From: Paraphysomonas bandaiensis
Taxonomy: Eukaryota > Protista > Chrysophyceae
Length of the DNA: 64,000 bases
Assembly (NCBI GenBank): GCA_965644295.1
Contig: CBFFRP010000435.1
Coordinates: 124,001 to 188,000, forward strand
Direction: 5' to 3'
Part shown: in pieces, positions 25,660 to 37,215 of the stretch
How the letters are laid out: each line of letters opens with the position of its first letter
Numbering within the stretch: the first letter of the stretch is position 1
Notes under the pieces: generated by a model
What the model saw: the letters and a program-made list of their open reading frames with translations, nothing else
What the model was told of the DNA's origin: nothing
Databases searched by the model: none
Position numbers and translations under genes: made by a program

Positions 25660-26580
25660 CTATAAAACACATACAGATTCAATGGGTACAAGATCTACGG
25701 GCTTTCTTAAAATAAATATAGGCTCGTAAGTTTGTCTCCAATTAGCGCTCTGCGTAAGTCTCTCTTCTATCCAACCAATTTTCTCCACAATATCCCATCC
25801 TGATAGTAGTGCTGGCAACCTCACAGGACCGTACCTTCTGTGCAGGTTGAAAACTACCACATCAGGACCAACAGGAACAGACAAAAATAAAAGCCCTCCT
25901 GGTTTGAGAAGGTCGCTTACCCGTTGCATAGCTTTAAGGTCACCATCTGGGTTAAGGGGGTCTCCATAACGACCTAGACCATCGTGGTCGAATGATGACA
26001 TCGAGAAAGCAATGTCATATGTGCCATTGAACGAATTATAAAACTCCTCAAAATTATTTCCCGAGACGGTTGACAAGTTCAAGCCCTCACTACTGTCTCC
26101 ATACGTTAACTTATTATATTCTAAAGTAGTAACATGCGATGCTCCAAGCGCTAGTGCTATGGATTCAACCCACGGGTTGGTTGAGCCGGTCACTACTACT
26201 TGACTTTTAGACAGTTCTTTAGTATAGTTAAGCAATGCATAGTATAGCCAGTCTTCCTTCTTCAATTTGCCAAGAATCATACTGGATGGTAAACTCTTGG
26301 CTTTCATATCTTCAACTATAGTCCCCAACTTATCGAAGAACTTACCTGCAGATGTAATCATTTTCTTTATTTGCTGCGAATTATATATATAATGAGACCC
26401 TTGTCCATCAACGGTATCATCAACATAAAAGTATTCTATAGGAATAGAGTCGTTCATGGTGTAGCCGTTAGTCAGGTGCTGTGGAGGTATCTTCGGAGCC
26501 GCTTCACAGTGTACATAGATATCACCAGGGAGTGAAAGAAAGATGAATGCAATAACTTCAAGTGAGATGATAAGTATCAT
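25660..26580 (-). CDS. DUF268 family SAM-dependent methyltransferase-like protein
   Basis: GSTNPWVESIAL, SSFDHDGLGRYGDPLNPDGDL and LKPGGLLFLSVPVG..FNLHRRYG. Hydrophobic N-terminus. Confidence 0.85.
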   Translation of the reverse strand: MILIISLEVIAFIFLSLPGDIYVHCEAAPKIPPQHLTNGYTMNDSIPIEYFYVDDTVDGQGSHYIYNSQQIKKMITSAGKFFDKLGTIVEDMKAKSLPSSMILGKLKKEDWLYYALLNYTKELSKSQVVVTGSTNPWVESIALALGASHVTTLEYNKLTYGDSSEGLNLSTVSGNNFEEFYNSFNGTYDIAFSMSSFDHDGLGRYGDPLNPDGDLKAMQRVSDLLKPGGLLFLSVPVGPDVVVFNLHRRYGPVRLPALLSGWDIVEKIGWIEERLTQSANWRQTYEPIFILRKPVDLVPIESVCVL

Positions 26581-27174
26581 TAGAAACTATGAATTTGATA
26601 GCTTTTGTGATGATATATCAGACTTTGGTTGCTAATAACACATAATGCAAACTTCAGCCAACAAGTTATTAACTAAAGAATACATAGCTGTATTTTGGGT
26701 ATACATACCAGGGAGAAGGCAGAAATCCTCATCCAATGAGATTGACGATAGGACAGAGGAGAGAATATTGAAGGGCAACTCATGCGTATGACTACACCAT
26801 CATATACGAGACGTCCCATATGTATCTATGTTTGTATATGATATGAGCGAGGGAGATATGAGTCAGTTCTATTATGAAATCTACATATGATTCCATATTT
26901 TAGTAATATATAAAAACTCGTCAATATCACATGAAAATAAGATAAGATGTATGGTTCAGGCCATGTACATCCTTATACTCATCATTTTACCATAGATTTA
27001 GAGTGTTAATTTCAATGATGATTGGAATCTTTTGTGTTACGTGTTAGTCGTAGTGTGAAACTGTATACACCATTGACCAATGAACTCTACACTATGCTAT
27101 TACACTGAGTTCTAGACAAGGAATAATGAATTTCAAAATTATGTTCACCAGTATAATTATCCGATAAGGAGTAT

Positions 27175-28470
27175 ATGATGACCACTACAATGAACAGTTC
27201 CACACTCACTGACATGAGAATAACGAGAGATATGGCATGCATAATACCTTTGCTAGTAGATATCAACCCCAGCCTTGGTATGATATATTCTCTCTCTTGT
27301 ACATGCAAAACCATCTACACGTCCATAATGGCATCTGATATATTATGGGTTATGCTTGCATCACAATTGGGGTGCAGACTGTGTTTTCTAGAGGCAAAGT
27401 CGATACAGAAACACTCGCAGTTGTCATCTTCGACGTACTGGTATAATCAAGTACAAGCACTCCAGGCGAAGCGTTTGATTAGAAGACAGTGGGGGTTACT
27501 TTTTACAACAAAAACTCTTGTGAATAACGGCCGTAGGAAAGATATAATTTCTACCGTCGGTGACACTCATGGAAAATCAATCGAATCTATTGATTCTACC
27601 AGCGGTCGCTCCCCACATCCAGGACTTTCAACGAGATGCTTTCACTTTTTCAACACATTTCGTCGGACAAAGAAAGAAGATCGGATCGCATCTGAACACG
27701 TTTTCGAGGAGACTAAAGAAGAGGTGGGAGGAGGGACGACATCCCCTTTACAATATACTGGAAACCACTTGCATGCAATTTTGGATAACTTTATTCAGTC
27801 AGAGTCCCGCATTCTTCTTGCCAATAACAACACGATACGACATTGGCACGACCTTTCATCTTACCCCAGCGATCTGAAGAATGCTTTGATTACTTCTGAT
27901 CAGGTGTGTTCGCCCCCATTATCACATCAGCAGGTCAGAAATGCGTCGACCCGTGTTATATATATGTATATTTCTCGACAAGTTATTGGTATTACAATCA
28001 CGCAGTGAAATGCTAAATTCATTTGTATTACTTTGTACTAGGTTGGTAGCAGCAGTCCTCTATGCCGCGTGTCTGTCTGGACGGAGATACCAGGGCTTCC
28101 TGTGTCTGTAAGCATTCCATTCGGGGATGTCACAAATGAAGCCGAGAAAGTTTCAAGGATTTTGAGCACACGAGACGGAGGAGAATGGGCAAATACAAAT
28201 AGTACAGATTCCCGATTTAGTCTCTTACGGAAGAAAGAGAGTACACATATTACTTCGGAGTCCGAGTGGTTGTTGCAGCATATGATGGTGGCGGTAGAAG
28301 GACGATCGCCAGATAGTACCCCAGTTCGCTGGTTCACATCATATGTTTCAGGGGAAGACACTGCAACTCGACTAGTAATCGTTGCGATTTGCTTTTCAAC
28401 AAACGGGGCGCTTGCTCGATTGGCAGCAATCACTAGCACTAGAAGAAGCTTCAAATGGATTCCTATATAG
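27175..28470 (+). CDS. Hypothetical protein with F-box-like N-terminus, 2 exons
   Basis: IYSLSCTCKTIYTSIMASDILW resembles the end of an F-box. An intron ending at ~28041 joins ORFs 27175 and 28069. Confidence 0.45.
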
Positions 28471-28958
28471 TACTGAACACGAGATTGTGAACCGATTACT
28501 GATACAGGTTCAGCACGAGTCCATGATATATATTTATTAGATGCAATACAAATATCATCCGTCATATATGCATTCATTAAGAATATTTTGTCGAAGTATA
28601 GCTTAGAAGATTGTTTACTAAATAGAATGCATTTTATTATTACTTTATTTGTAAATAATCAGTGAAGTACAGCAGTTCCACTTTACTATATATACAGGCT
28701 CGGGTGTATATAAGTCACGAGTAAATACAACCCGGCACAAAGACACTAGTACCTGGAAGTTAGATGTTCCCCTCCATCTGGTTTCATGAGTCTTGAGCAT
28801 CGAGAAAGCTACTATAACCTATAGCCTTGTGAAACCAAGATAAACATCATTGCTTGAAATACTAAAGTACTTCACCGAATGAATATATATATATATTATT
28901 GATATGATAAATACAATTATTTTAGGTATCAAATTTCATCAGGTGCTACATTGTGATG

Positions 28959-29681
28959 TCACAAGCTATCATCATCACAACTACTGTCACTCAGACTACT
29001 ACTATAGGTATCACTATCTAAACTGGAACTAGAATAACGTCTTCTATCATTATTTTCATTTTGGGAATCATTTTTCGTAGGTGGGTTACCATATTTACCC
29101 TCTAATCTTGCTTCATCTTGGGCCGACATAAATACACGTTTGAGTAGTTCATACTCATCCTTATAATCGTCGACCACAGCATCACTAGCACTAACTTTAT
29201 TCAACTTCGATACGGGATGTGCTTTATACAATAACCGAACTTCATCGCTGGCTTCCGCAATTAAGTTATCAAGGTCATCTTTTCCTTGAGGGCCCGAACC
29301 GGTTAGATATGCGTCTTCACAAGACCGACCTGAACACGACAACATTTGCTCCAACTGATCAAGATTTTCACAATGAATACTATCATTTGATGGCCCTAAG
29401 TTATCATCAATGAAGCACATGAAATCATCCTCCTCATCACGCATCGTGCGGTGCGGTAGTATGTTAGGCGACTTTTCATCAGGACCAGAGGCATCAGTCG
29501 TTAGTGTTTGAAAGCGTTTATTTAAATCATCCATACATGGTGTCACAGAAGAAGATTTAAGTGAATTCAGTCTCTCCTGTAGCTCATCATACACAGGAGT
29601 AGTGCCACTGCTATTACCTTTAACAGCTTGCAGACGACTATATAAATCCTCTACTTTCTTCTTATCATTATTACCGGACAT
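28959..29681 (-). CDS. Hypothetical acidic protein with repeated MIM1-like helices (ANCHR/ZFYVE19-like middle region)
   Basis: EDLYSRLQAVK, DELQERLNSLK and DDLNKRFQTL, then LIAEASDEVRL and SAQDEARLE. Confidence 0.45.
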   Translation of the reverse strand: MSGNNDKKKVEDLYSRLQAVKGNSSGTTPVYDELQERLNSLKSSSVTPCMDDLNKRFQTLTTDASGPDEKSPNILPHRTMRDEEDDFMCFIDDNLGPSNDSIHCENLDQLEQMLSCSGRSCEDAYLTGSGPQGKDDLDNLIAEASDEVRLLYKAHPVSKLNKVSASDAVVDDYKDEYELLKRVFMSAQDEARLEGKYGNPPTKNDSQNENNDRRRYSSSSLDSDTYSSSLSDSSCDDDSL

Positions 29682-29959
29682 GTGAACTGATACTATTAAG
29701 GTAAAGAGAGCGAGTTGGACAATAGATCTGTATCTTATAGTGTTTTAATGTCTTTACTACAACATCAGACTTAACTGATAGGAATGATAGCACTTAACAA
29801 TCCACAGCATAGGGTGGGGTTTTAATACTGTAATATCTGGATATTCTAAAACCCATTCAAAATATGCTGTATGAAGCACTAAAACCCGGAGTATTGAGCA
29901 TAATACTGTGTGGTTTTATTAGGTCACAAAATGCCAGTCACGGCCACAGAGTGGCGCAT

Positions 29960-31537
29960 ATGATGGATGATAGAAATGAGTATGGTAATGTACTTGGGGT
30001 ACTTGGAAAGGATGATGTCGTTCATATAGGTGACTGGAAGATTACAATGTCACAGAATATGGATGAGATAGTTCAGCTGAAAACGAAAGCAAACGAGGCA
30101 TTCAAGTTAGGGGTTCGGTTAGGTCCTCAAGGACAGGGAAGGGACAGTCTAATTGAGGCGTGTATGATGTATGCTAAGGCCATAGAGGCTGTCGTTGCAT
30201 TTGAATCTTTATATCAGATCAGTTCTTTGCAAGACACAGAGGCGATGGCAACACTAAAACCTACTTTATTTCTAAATTTAGGAATGACTAATTACAAGCT
30301 ATGTGACTTCACAGAGTGTCGGCGTTGTTGCAATGCTGCTATCGTTCTGTGCAACGATACCACTATGAAGTTGGAAGAACTGGGTGTCGAGGATGATATC
30401 AATAATACTATTCGAGTTTTGCAACCTGTGGTAAGATTTAGAGGCTCACAACGTCTATGTTTCATGTCTACTCAGATTCCGCTTTTCTCAAAGTTAGTGG
30501 CAAAAATATTGCTTTGGAGGGCAAGATCTCAGTACAATATGAAAAACATAGATGAGGCAGTGGTGGATTTAAGAGAGGCATTTGAATTACAGCCTGGTGA
30601 TAAGGTTAAGTGTGTATATAGTGGGAGCTAACTGAATGATGTTTTCTAATAGACTATAGAAGCCGAGCTGTCTAAAGTTTCGGTGCATATGAAAGATGAG
30701 GGAATAAGGTATTTAATCTTTATGATAGTATGCCTTATATTCAGCAGTTTTCTTCCACTGCAGATCGAATTACTCTACCAGCATTACTTCCCGTCAGCCT
30801 AATAGTACACCGTCCCAAGCAGTACTGAAACCTGATGATTTAATGAACAATGGCGGAAAGTGCTGGTCTCGAAGGGGTATTTGGTCTCAGAGCATTGCTG
30901 AAGCAACTGTGTATCTGCCTATATCTCTGTTGCAACGTTTCCAAAGTGGGATGATGAATGTAGTGACTGGGAAAGATGTGGTGGTGGAATTCTCATCCAC
31001 TGCAATTGAAATTCAAATTGGAACTTGCAGTGAGTACCTCCGGCTACAGTACCCTATCATATCATCTGATTGCTCTTGGTACCTCGACACAATCATGGGT
31101 GCACAATATTTGATTTTGGTTCTCGCTAAAGCTCCTCCTTGTGGTGAATTGTATCCTGGTTGCGAGTGGTGGGAGCGTGTGTTTGATGGTGACGAGTGCA
31201 TAGAGACCATGACGTGCTCTGTGGGGTCAGCTATACAAGATTTGCCATCTCATGCAAGAGAAAGGGCTGCCATGGAGCATCAGAGGTTTTTAGGTTTGAC
31301 GGACTCTGAAAAGGCAGTTGAGATGGATGATCTGATAAAGAAGAAAAAGGTAGCTGTCCTTTTCGCCGCGATTCATATGTGATTGACTTGTACCTATAGG
31401 ATTTTGATATTTCGAGATTACGAACAAAAGCCGAAGCTGATGAAGAGGACCAATCGCTGGATGAAGTTCCTGAGCGTGCTGAAATGCTGGCAGCATTGCG
31501 TTCAGAATTTTCTCATATTAAGTTTACATCGAAATAG
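29960..31537 (+). CDS. TPR plus CS (p23/NudC-type) domain co-chaperone-like protein, multi-exon
   Basis: LKTKANEAFK..LFLNLGM..AKILLWRAR..DLREAFELQPGD (TPR). WSQSIAEATVYLP..DCSWYLD..EWWERVFDGD (NudC-type CS). The last exon ends EFSHIKFTSK* at 31537. Confidence 0.75.
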
Positions 31538-31772
31538 TTTAGTTGTAAAATATTTTAAAATATAGTAGAATACAATGCGATCGTGAGCTTGTGTGATTAC
31601 TAGAACTACCGAATTCTTTGTTTTAATGGTGTTAACATATCGTATACTTCACTTTGATTGTGTTCTTCAGGAAGCGTTGTATTTGTTTTCAATATTAATT
31701 TTACGAAATATCTACATAACAGGAGTTCTATAATAGCATTATGTACATAATTCTTTGCCACTATAATCTAAG

Positions 31773-32492
31773 TCAGGGTACGATTTCTATGTGTATATTG
31801 CCGCTAGTATCGTTTCGCATAGAGTCAAGAAATTTCTCGTTGATGTCCGTAGGAACTTCAACATGGAGTGAAACACTATCTATATCGAGGTTTTCTGACA
31901 ACCTCACTACACTAGGATACTTCTTGATCGTACTGTATAAAGTACCCAAAAAAGATATATTCGCAGAGAGAATAACTTCTGTCATTGGAACAAACACTTG
32001 CTTAACAGAGTCCCGGAGGCATACTGACGCCGCCCCTCCGTACGCCCTAGTTAGCCCTCCTGCACCTAACTTAATTCCGCCATAGTAGCGTGTAACTACT
32101 ACCATTGCATAATCTAAATCTGCCGATTTAATGGCGGATAGAATTGGCTTGCCAGCTGTACCAGAGACCTCACCGTCATCAGCTGATCTTTCGATGCTAC
32201 CGATTTTGAAAGCCCAACAGTTATGTGTCGCTCTGTCGCACTTCACTCTATCATAGAATAGTTTTGCCTGTTTCTCGGACCGCACATGGGATGCATAAGT
32301 TATGAATTTGCTCTTCTTTATCTCTAAAGTACTCTTCGCCTCTTGTTTTAGTATATATGTCCCAAAATAAAGCCATTGATATTTGTTTTTTCTATATAAT
32401 CTATCAAAATTAAAGTTTTTCAAACACCTCACCATGCTGTGATTGATTAGACCATGTGATGTTAATATGCGGCCCTGCTTTGTCTTCATCAA
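31773..32492 (-). CDS. IMPACT/YigZ family protein (UPF0029 plus DUF1949-like C-terminus)
   Basis: EIKKSKF, ATHNCWA, DDGEVSGTAGKPIL and VVTRYYGGIKLGAGGLTRAYG. The start codon is uncertain. Confidence 0.9.
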   Translation of the reverse strand: MMKTKQGRILTSHGLINHSMVRCLKNFNFDRLYRKNKYQWLYFGTYILKQEAKSTLEIKKSKFITYASHVRSEKQAKLFYDRVKCDRATHNCWAFKIGSIERSADDGEVSGTAGKPILSAIKSADLDYAMVVVTRYYGGIKLGAGGLTRAYGGAASVCLRDSVKQVFVPMTEVILSANISFLGTLYSTIKKYPSVVRLSENLDIDSVSLHVEVPTDINEKFLDSMRNDTSGNIHIEIVP

Positions 32493-32822
32493 TCATGTGG
32501 TGTAACATGCATATATATGCATGTACACTCCGCCTGGACAGTGGTGCAGTATGTATGGTATATGGTGTAGAAATATACTCTATGTTCGAGCTAAATATAT
32601 GCAATTTGGAACAAGAATATCTAGATATCGATATAAAAGTTCCTTTTTTTCTATATTTTCGGGTATTTTGGAGGTTAAATTCCTGTACATACACTCTCGT
32701 AGAGGCGAGCAGTATATTCTCTCGTGGACGTGGATATATGCATATATCTACTCAGATACAATGATGCGTGCATGTCTAGATGTAACAGTCATATAGATAA
32801 CTCAATAGATCATAACACAAAC

Positions 32823-34197
32823 ATGTCTTACTGGCTACTAAACCTAGATCCATGCCACGAGCAGATCGGAGATACCTCTGAACTAAACACAGAGGTCCAG
32901 GATGTGGTAATTATCGGCGGAGGGGTCACTGGGTGCTCTGTAGCATATCACTATGCAAACACCAGCTCTCGTGTCATTTTATTAGAGAAAGGAGATATTA
33001 GTTGTGGTGCTACGGGATGTAATGGTGGAATCATATCTCCTGGAACATCAGAAAGTTTTTCAAGTTCAGTTGATCGCTATGGACTAGACATAACCCGTGA
33101 GCTCTATCAGTACTCTGTCGACTGTACAGAAGCGATAAAAGATTTCGTCAAACAGACAGGTACCTCCTGTGAGCTTCGATTCAATGGATCGGTTTCCCTT
33201 GCGTTTACTGAGGAAGAGGTTTTAAACTTGCGAAAAAGTCATGATGAACTTTTGTCTTATGATATCCCTGTGGAATGGTGGGATGCTGCGATGTGTGAAG
33301 AGAAAACACTGAGTCGTAGTTTTTTAGGAGGAATGTTTAAACCCCACTCTGGTAATTTATGGGCAGCAAAATTGGTACATGCAATTGCCGACCAAGCAAG
33401 AAAGCGTGGGACGATTATTCACACACATACCGAAGTGACTGGTGTATGCAACAGCTCTGATGTGGACGGCATCATAATAGTAAATACCAGCAGAGGCGAT
33501 ATACAGTGTAGAAATGTTGTATATGCCACAAACGCCTGGACTAGACATCTTCTTCCTCATTTCAGTGAAACTTTAATCCCAGTTCGAAACCAAGTATGCG
33601 TTTAAATGAAACAGTTTTTGGTGTAATGCTGCTTTTTACGCTGCAGGTTATCATCACTGCACCTCTTCCACATATGTGGGACTTTAGCATGGGGGCCAAC
33701 TACGGTTTTGAGTACTTCATGCAACGACCAGATGGCCGTATTGTTTTAGGTATGACAGTGCCATTATAGATATCGCGATTTGTATGAACGATTAATATGT
33801 ACAGTGGATATTTTGTAAGTTTATTTGTGCTAATATAGGCGGAATGCGTAATCTTACACCGACTGGAGAGATTAACAGTGATGACACAACCAATCTCAAC
33901 CCCGACGTCTCGTCCGCTCTTCGTACGTATCTTCCAAAGCATTTTCCGTCAATACCCGCCTCCGTGGAAATAGAGCATGAGTGGATAGGCGTGATGTGCT
34001 TCTCTCCTGATAGGAACCCCCTGATAGGTCCTCTTGGAAAAGATAAACCAGGCCAGTATATTGCAGCAGGGTATACTGGCCATGGTATGCCATTCGCTTT
34101 TATGGCTGGAAAAAATATTGCAGATATGATACGAGGGGTCAAACCGTCTCCCTATGTGGAAAGAGCATTTGATCCAAGTAGATTCACGTCTAATTGA
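32823..34197 (+). CDS. FAD-dependent oxidoreductase, DAO family (PuuB/OrdL-like), 3 exons
   Basis: MSYW start, DVVIIGGGVTG, GATGCNGG, YFMQRPDGRIVLG, FSPDRNPLIG and AAGYTGHGM. Confidence 0.85.
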
Positions 34198-34914
34198 AAT
34201 GTTGTCGAGCATATTGACCTATTTCATGGTTATTCTAATTGATGATTTGCCATTTAAATCGTACTATGAAATATGGACTAGTTGTATGATATATATGCAT
34301 TGTATATGATGGTTTCACACATACAAGCGACGTGGCAAGTAGTAATTTCTGTTATTGATTAACTTCCATCATATGTATTAGTGGTGTCAGGAAAGCGTAT
34401 AATAGGTATATGTATATTTTCAACGAAATGGTGACGTAAATATAAGAGCTAAACTCCAGTTCTGAGCTATGGAGTACTATATCATATCATGTAGTACGTC
34501 ATACTTCGTATACTGATGATCTCTATCTAAGATGATATAAAATATAAAAGAGCTAAACATGATACACGGTGATACATAATACCTAACATGTATTCGATCA
34601 CAACAATTTTAACTGTATAGTTACACACATAAATATGTCGTATCACTAGCAAAGCATTATTTATTTAACAACTGTTGTAAGGGAACAGTGATGAACCAGT
34701 TTTCATCAGAAATATTATATTGTGCATTGTGGAAGCCAATATGAAATAATAGTGAAATATACACTCCTGAGGGTTAATAATAAGTGAACAATGTATTGTA
34801 TAAAAAGAAGTGTCCGATCTGCGGTAGTGCGGCTTTTCGCTCTAATGACTGCTGAAAAGCTTCAATGAATAACCTTTCTTACGCAATTGGAAAGTCGACT
34901 TGCGTATTCGGGGT

Positions 34915-36805
34915 CGTGAATGTTTTATTACTGGCAATTGGCGTTTAGAACAAATTAAGAAAACCAATTTAACTAACTACTAGTGCTCAACTCTGATATC
35001 TTATATTGAATGTCTAATTATTAAGAATCGCAAGCTTGTGCGTTGCGCGACACTAAGCATGACATGACTCATCTACTAGTTACTATTGCATGCACCGACA
35101 AGTGCTCATATACACAACACGATTTAGTTAGCTACATGATGGGCATACGACGAGTTGCGTGTTTCAGCCAGATCATACGCTCCTGCCCAATATACTTGTC
35201 CTAAAACACAAACAACTTGCGGTCGGTGTCTTCGGCATATGTCTCCCGTATATGCGGCAGATCTTTAGGGCCCTCTTCAAGGTGGTGTTCATTCATTGTA
35301 GCAGGTAGTCTGGAGGGGAGATTAGAGTAGCTCTAGCGCCGGGTCCTCCCACGGTCACGAATCGGTCTCACTAGTGCAATTTTGCACGCTGACGCATAAA
35401 ACAGACATCTACCAAAATCTGTTACAAATTCAAGCTGACTCCAATTTCTTCCCTCCATTGTGTGCACTCGTCCAGCATATGCATCCACCTTCCCACTAGT
35501 GACTTACACTAGGTAGTAGGAAACCGTGCACCTTCCCCGCTCATATGAAAACCTACTAAAAGCAAGAATAACATAAAAGTATCACTAATGTACCTGACAC
35601 TGCTTGGAGAACAGTGCCAGAGCCTTGATATAATAATCTCAATGCCCTGAGCAGGAGAAACCAAGAATAGGCAGTAGACATGTAAGAAGACATTACAGGT
35701 CTAATTACATCATTGCCATTATTGCCATGCATCCATGAGGAAAGTTTGACGTATTACCTCGGTCATTGGCCACACAGATACCGAATAATAATATGAACTC
35801 ATACTCAGTATCAATCACTCAAAGCAAAAACGCAGTGAGCAAGCAGAATGTTGATAATATACCTAATATCTGCTGACTTCAGGTTATTTAATTCTTAAAG
35901 TGAACATCCCATATGCTTAACTTCAGCAGGCAGCCCGATACCCCGGTTACCCTTCTAGTGGGCCCTGTCCCGGATGCCCTTGTTGAGGTGGGCTCATTCC
36001 TTGATGCCTGTTTATTATCCGTCAGGGCCCAAAGCCGTCTACACAAATGACACTTTTAGTAGTGTCCCTTGCCCTCAACAAAGTTGGACTCGCTCCTTTT
36101 CGTGGTGTTCTGGGGGATAAGTACCAGAGATATTTCTCAGTGATACTAACGTGAGCCGCAAACATAGGCAGCAGATAGTGTTCTGCCCACTCATAGCCGA
36201 ATGCTTGTGTGGTACAAGGGACACCAATAAGGAAGTGTCACTTGTGTAGACGGCTTTGGGCCCAGACGAATAAACAGGCATCCGGGAATGGGCCCACCTC
36301 AACAAGGGCATCCGGGACAGGGCCCACCTGAAGGGTAACCGGGGTATTGGGCTGCCTGCTGAAGTCAAGCATCCGGGATGTTCACTTTAAGAACTCAAAG
36401 CGGAAGTGGTCGCACCTTGGTGCTTGCGGCGACGAACAAGCAGCTTTCATAGCGTTAAATAGTAGGATAAAGAAAGTGTTACTGATTAGTTACAGGTAGA
36501 GGTCTAACTAGTTTGTCTAGCATTCATCTAGCTACTAAGTTGGTGCAGGTTTTTAACGCCTATTGCTAATAATAAGACTTTCAATATATAGTGCCCTTGT
36601 ACCACACAAGCATTTGGCTATGAGTGGCAGAACAATATCTGCTAACTATATATGCGGCTTACGTTAGTTTCCCTGAGAAATATCTCCGGTACTTATCCCC
36701 CAGAACCCAGAACACCACGAAAAAGTGCGAGTCCTCTGATATCCTACTATTTACCGCTACGAAAACTGCTTGTGCGTCACCGCAAACGCCAAGGTGCAAC
36801 CACTG
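34915..36805 (-). mobile_element. Triple nest of the retroposon family
   Basis: An old 3' module (34915-35003 plus 36734-36805) is split by a long body-B copy (35004-36733; TSD CTCTGATATCYTA at 34991 and 36734). That copy is in turn split by a plus-strand copy at 36072-36588. Confidence 0.75.
36072..36588 (+). mobile_element. SINE-like retroposon, body B plus shared 3' module
   Basis: TSD TAGTGTCCCTTG (36060-36071) versus TAGTG-CCCTTG (36589-36599). It has the same CCCTCAACAAAG start as the copy at 16100. Confidence 0.85.
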
Positions 36806-37215
36806 TCGCTCTATCACGCAACTGTAATTGTGAATTTAATAGCAGCATGTATGTGTGAATTATGCTCATTTGTCCGAGACAGAAGACCATATCGTGACAC
36901 AGTTATACAGTACAACGAATTAATTATTATTCAAAATATGCTAAGTTTCATAGTAGATCGATATTAAATATTATGGAGTGTAAACCTACAAAATGTGAAG
37001 TACATAATCCTGGTTCCTATTAATAGTTTTCTTGTATCGTAACACTAATTTTAAATCCTCCGCTGTAACACTACTTCTATGGTAAGCTGATGTATTTAAT
37101 ATTTAAATATATGCCCTTCATTGTGAGGGTTGTCACACCATTTACCAAAAATATTTTACAGTCTGGACATTAACTTACAATATAATTAGTCAACTCACAC
37201 CAATACGCAACTACA

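Noticed and set aside
36255-36300. Penelope-type hammerhead (C[T/A]GACGA..AAAC) in body B
   Set aside because: No stem II, the G of GAAA is missing, and there is no NUH/stem III complement.
36401-36588. TnpB/Fanzor omegaRNA at an IS200/605-like right end (TTCAA terminus, possible pseudoknot)
   Set aside because: No RuvC/Zn-finger TnpB remnant was found upstream of any copy, and 12-15-bp TSDs are not a feature of IS200/605 transposition. A covariance-model search would still be a cheap check.
35004-36805. DIRS inverted terminal repeats or Ngaro/PAT split direct repeats
   Set aside because: The apparent module-body junction and the inverted ends are explained by nested insertions with TSDs.
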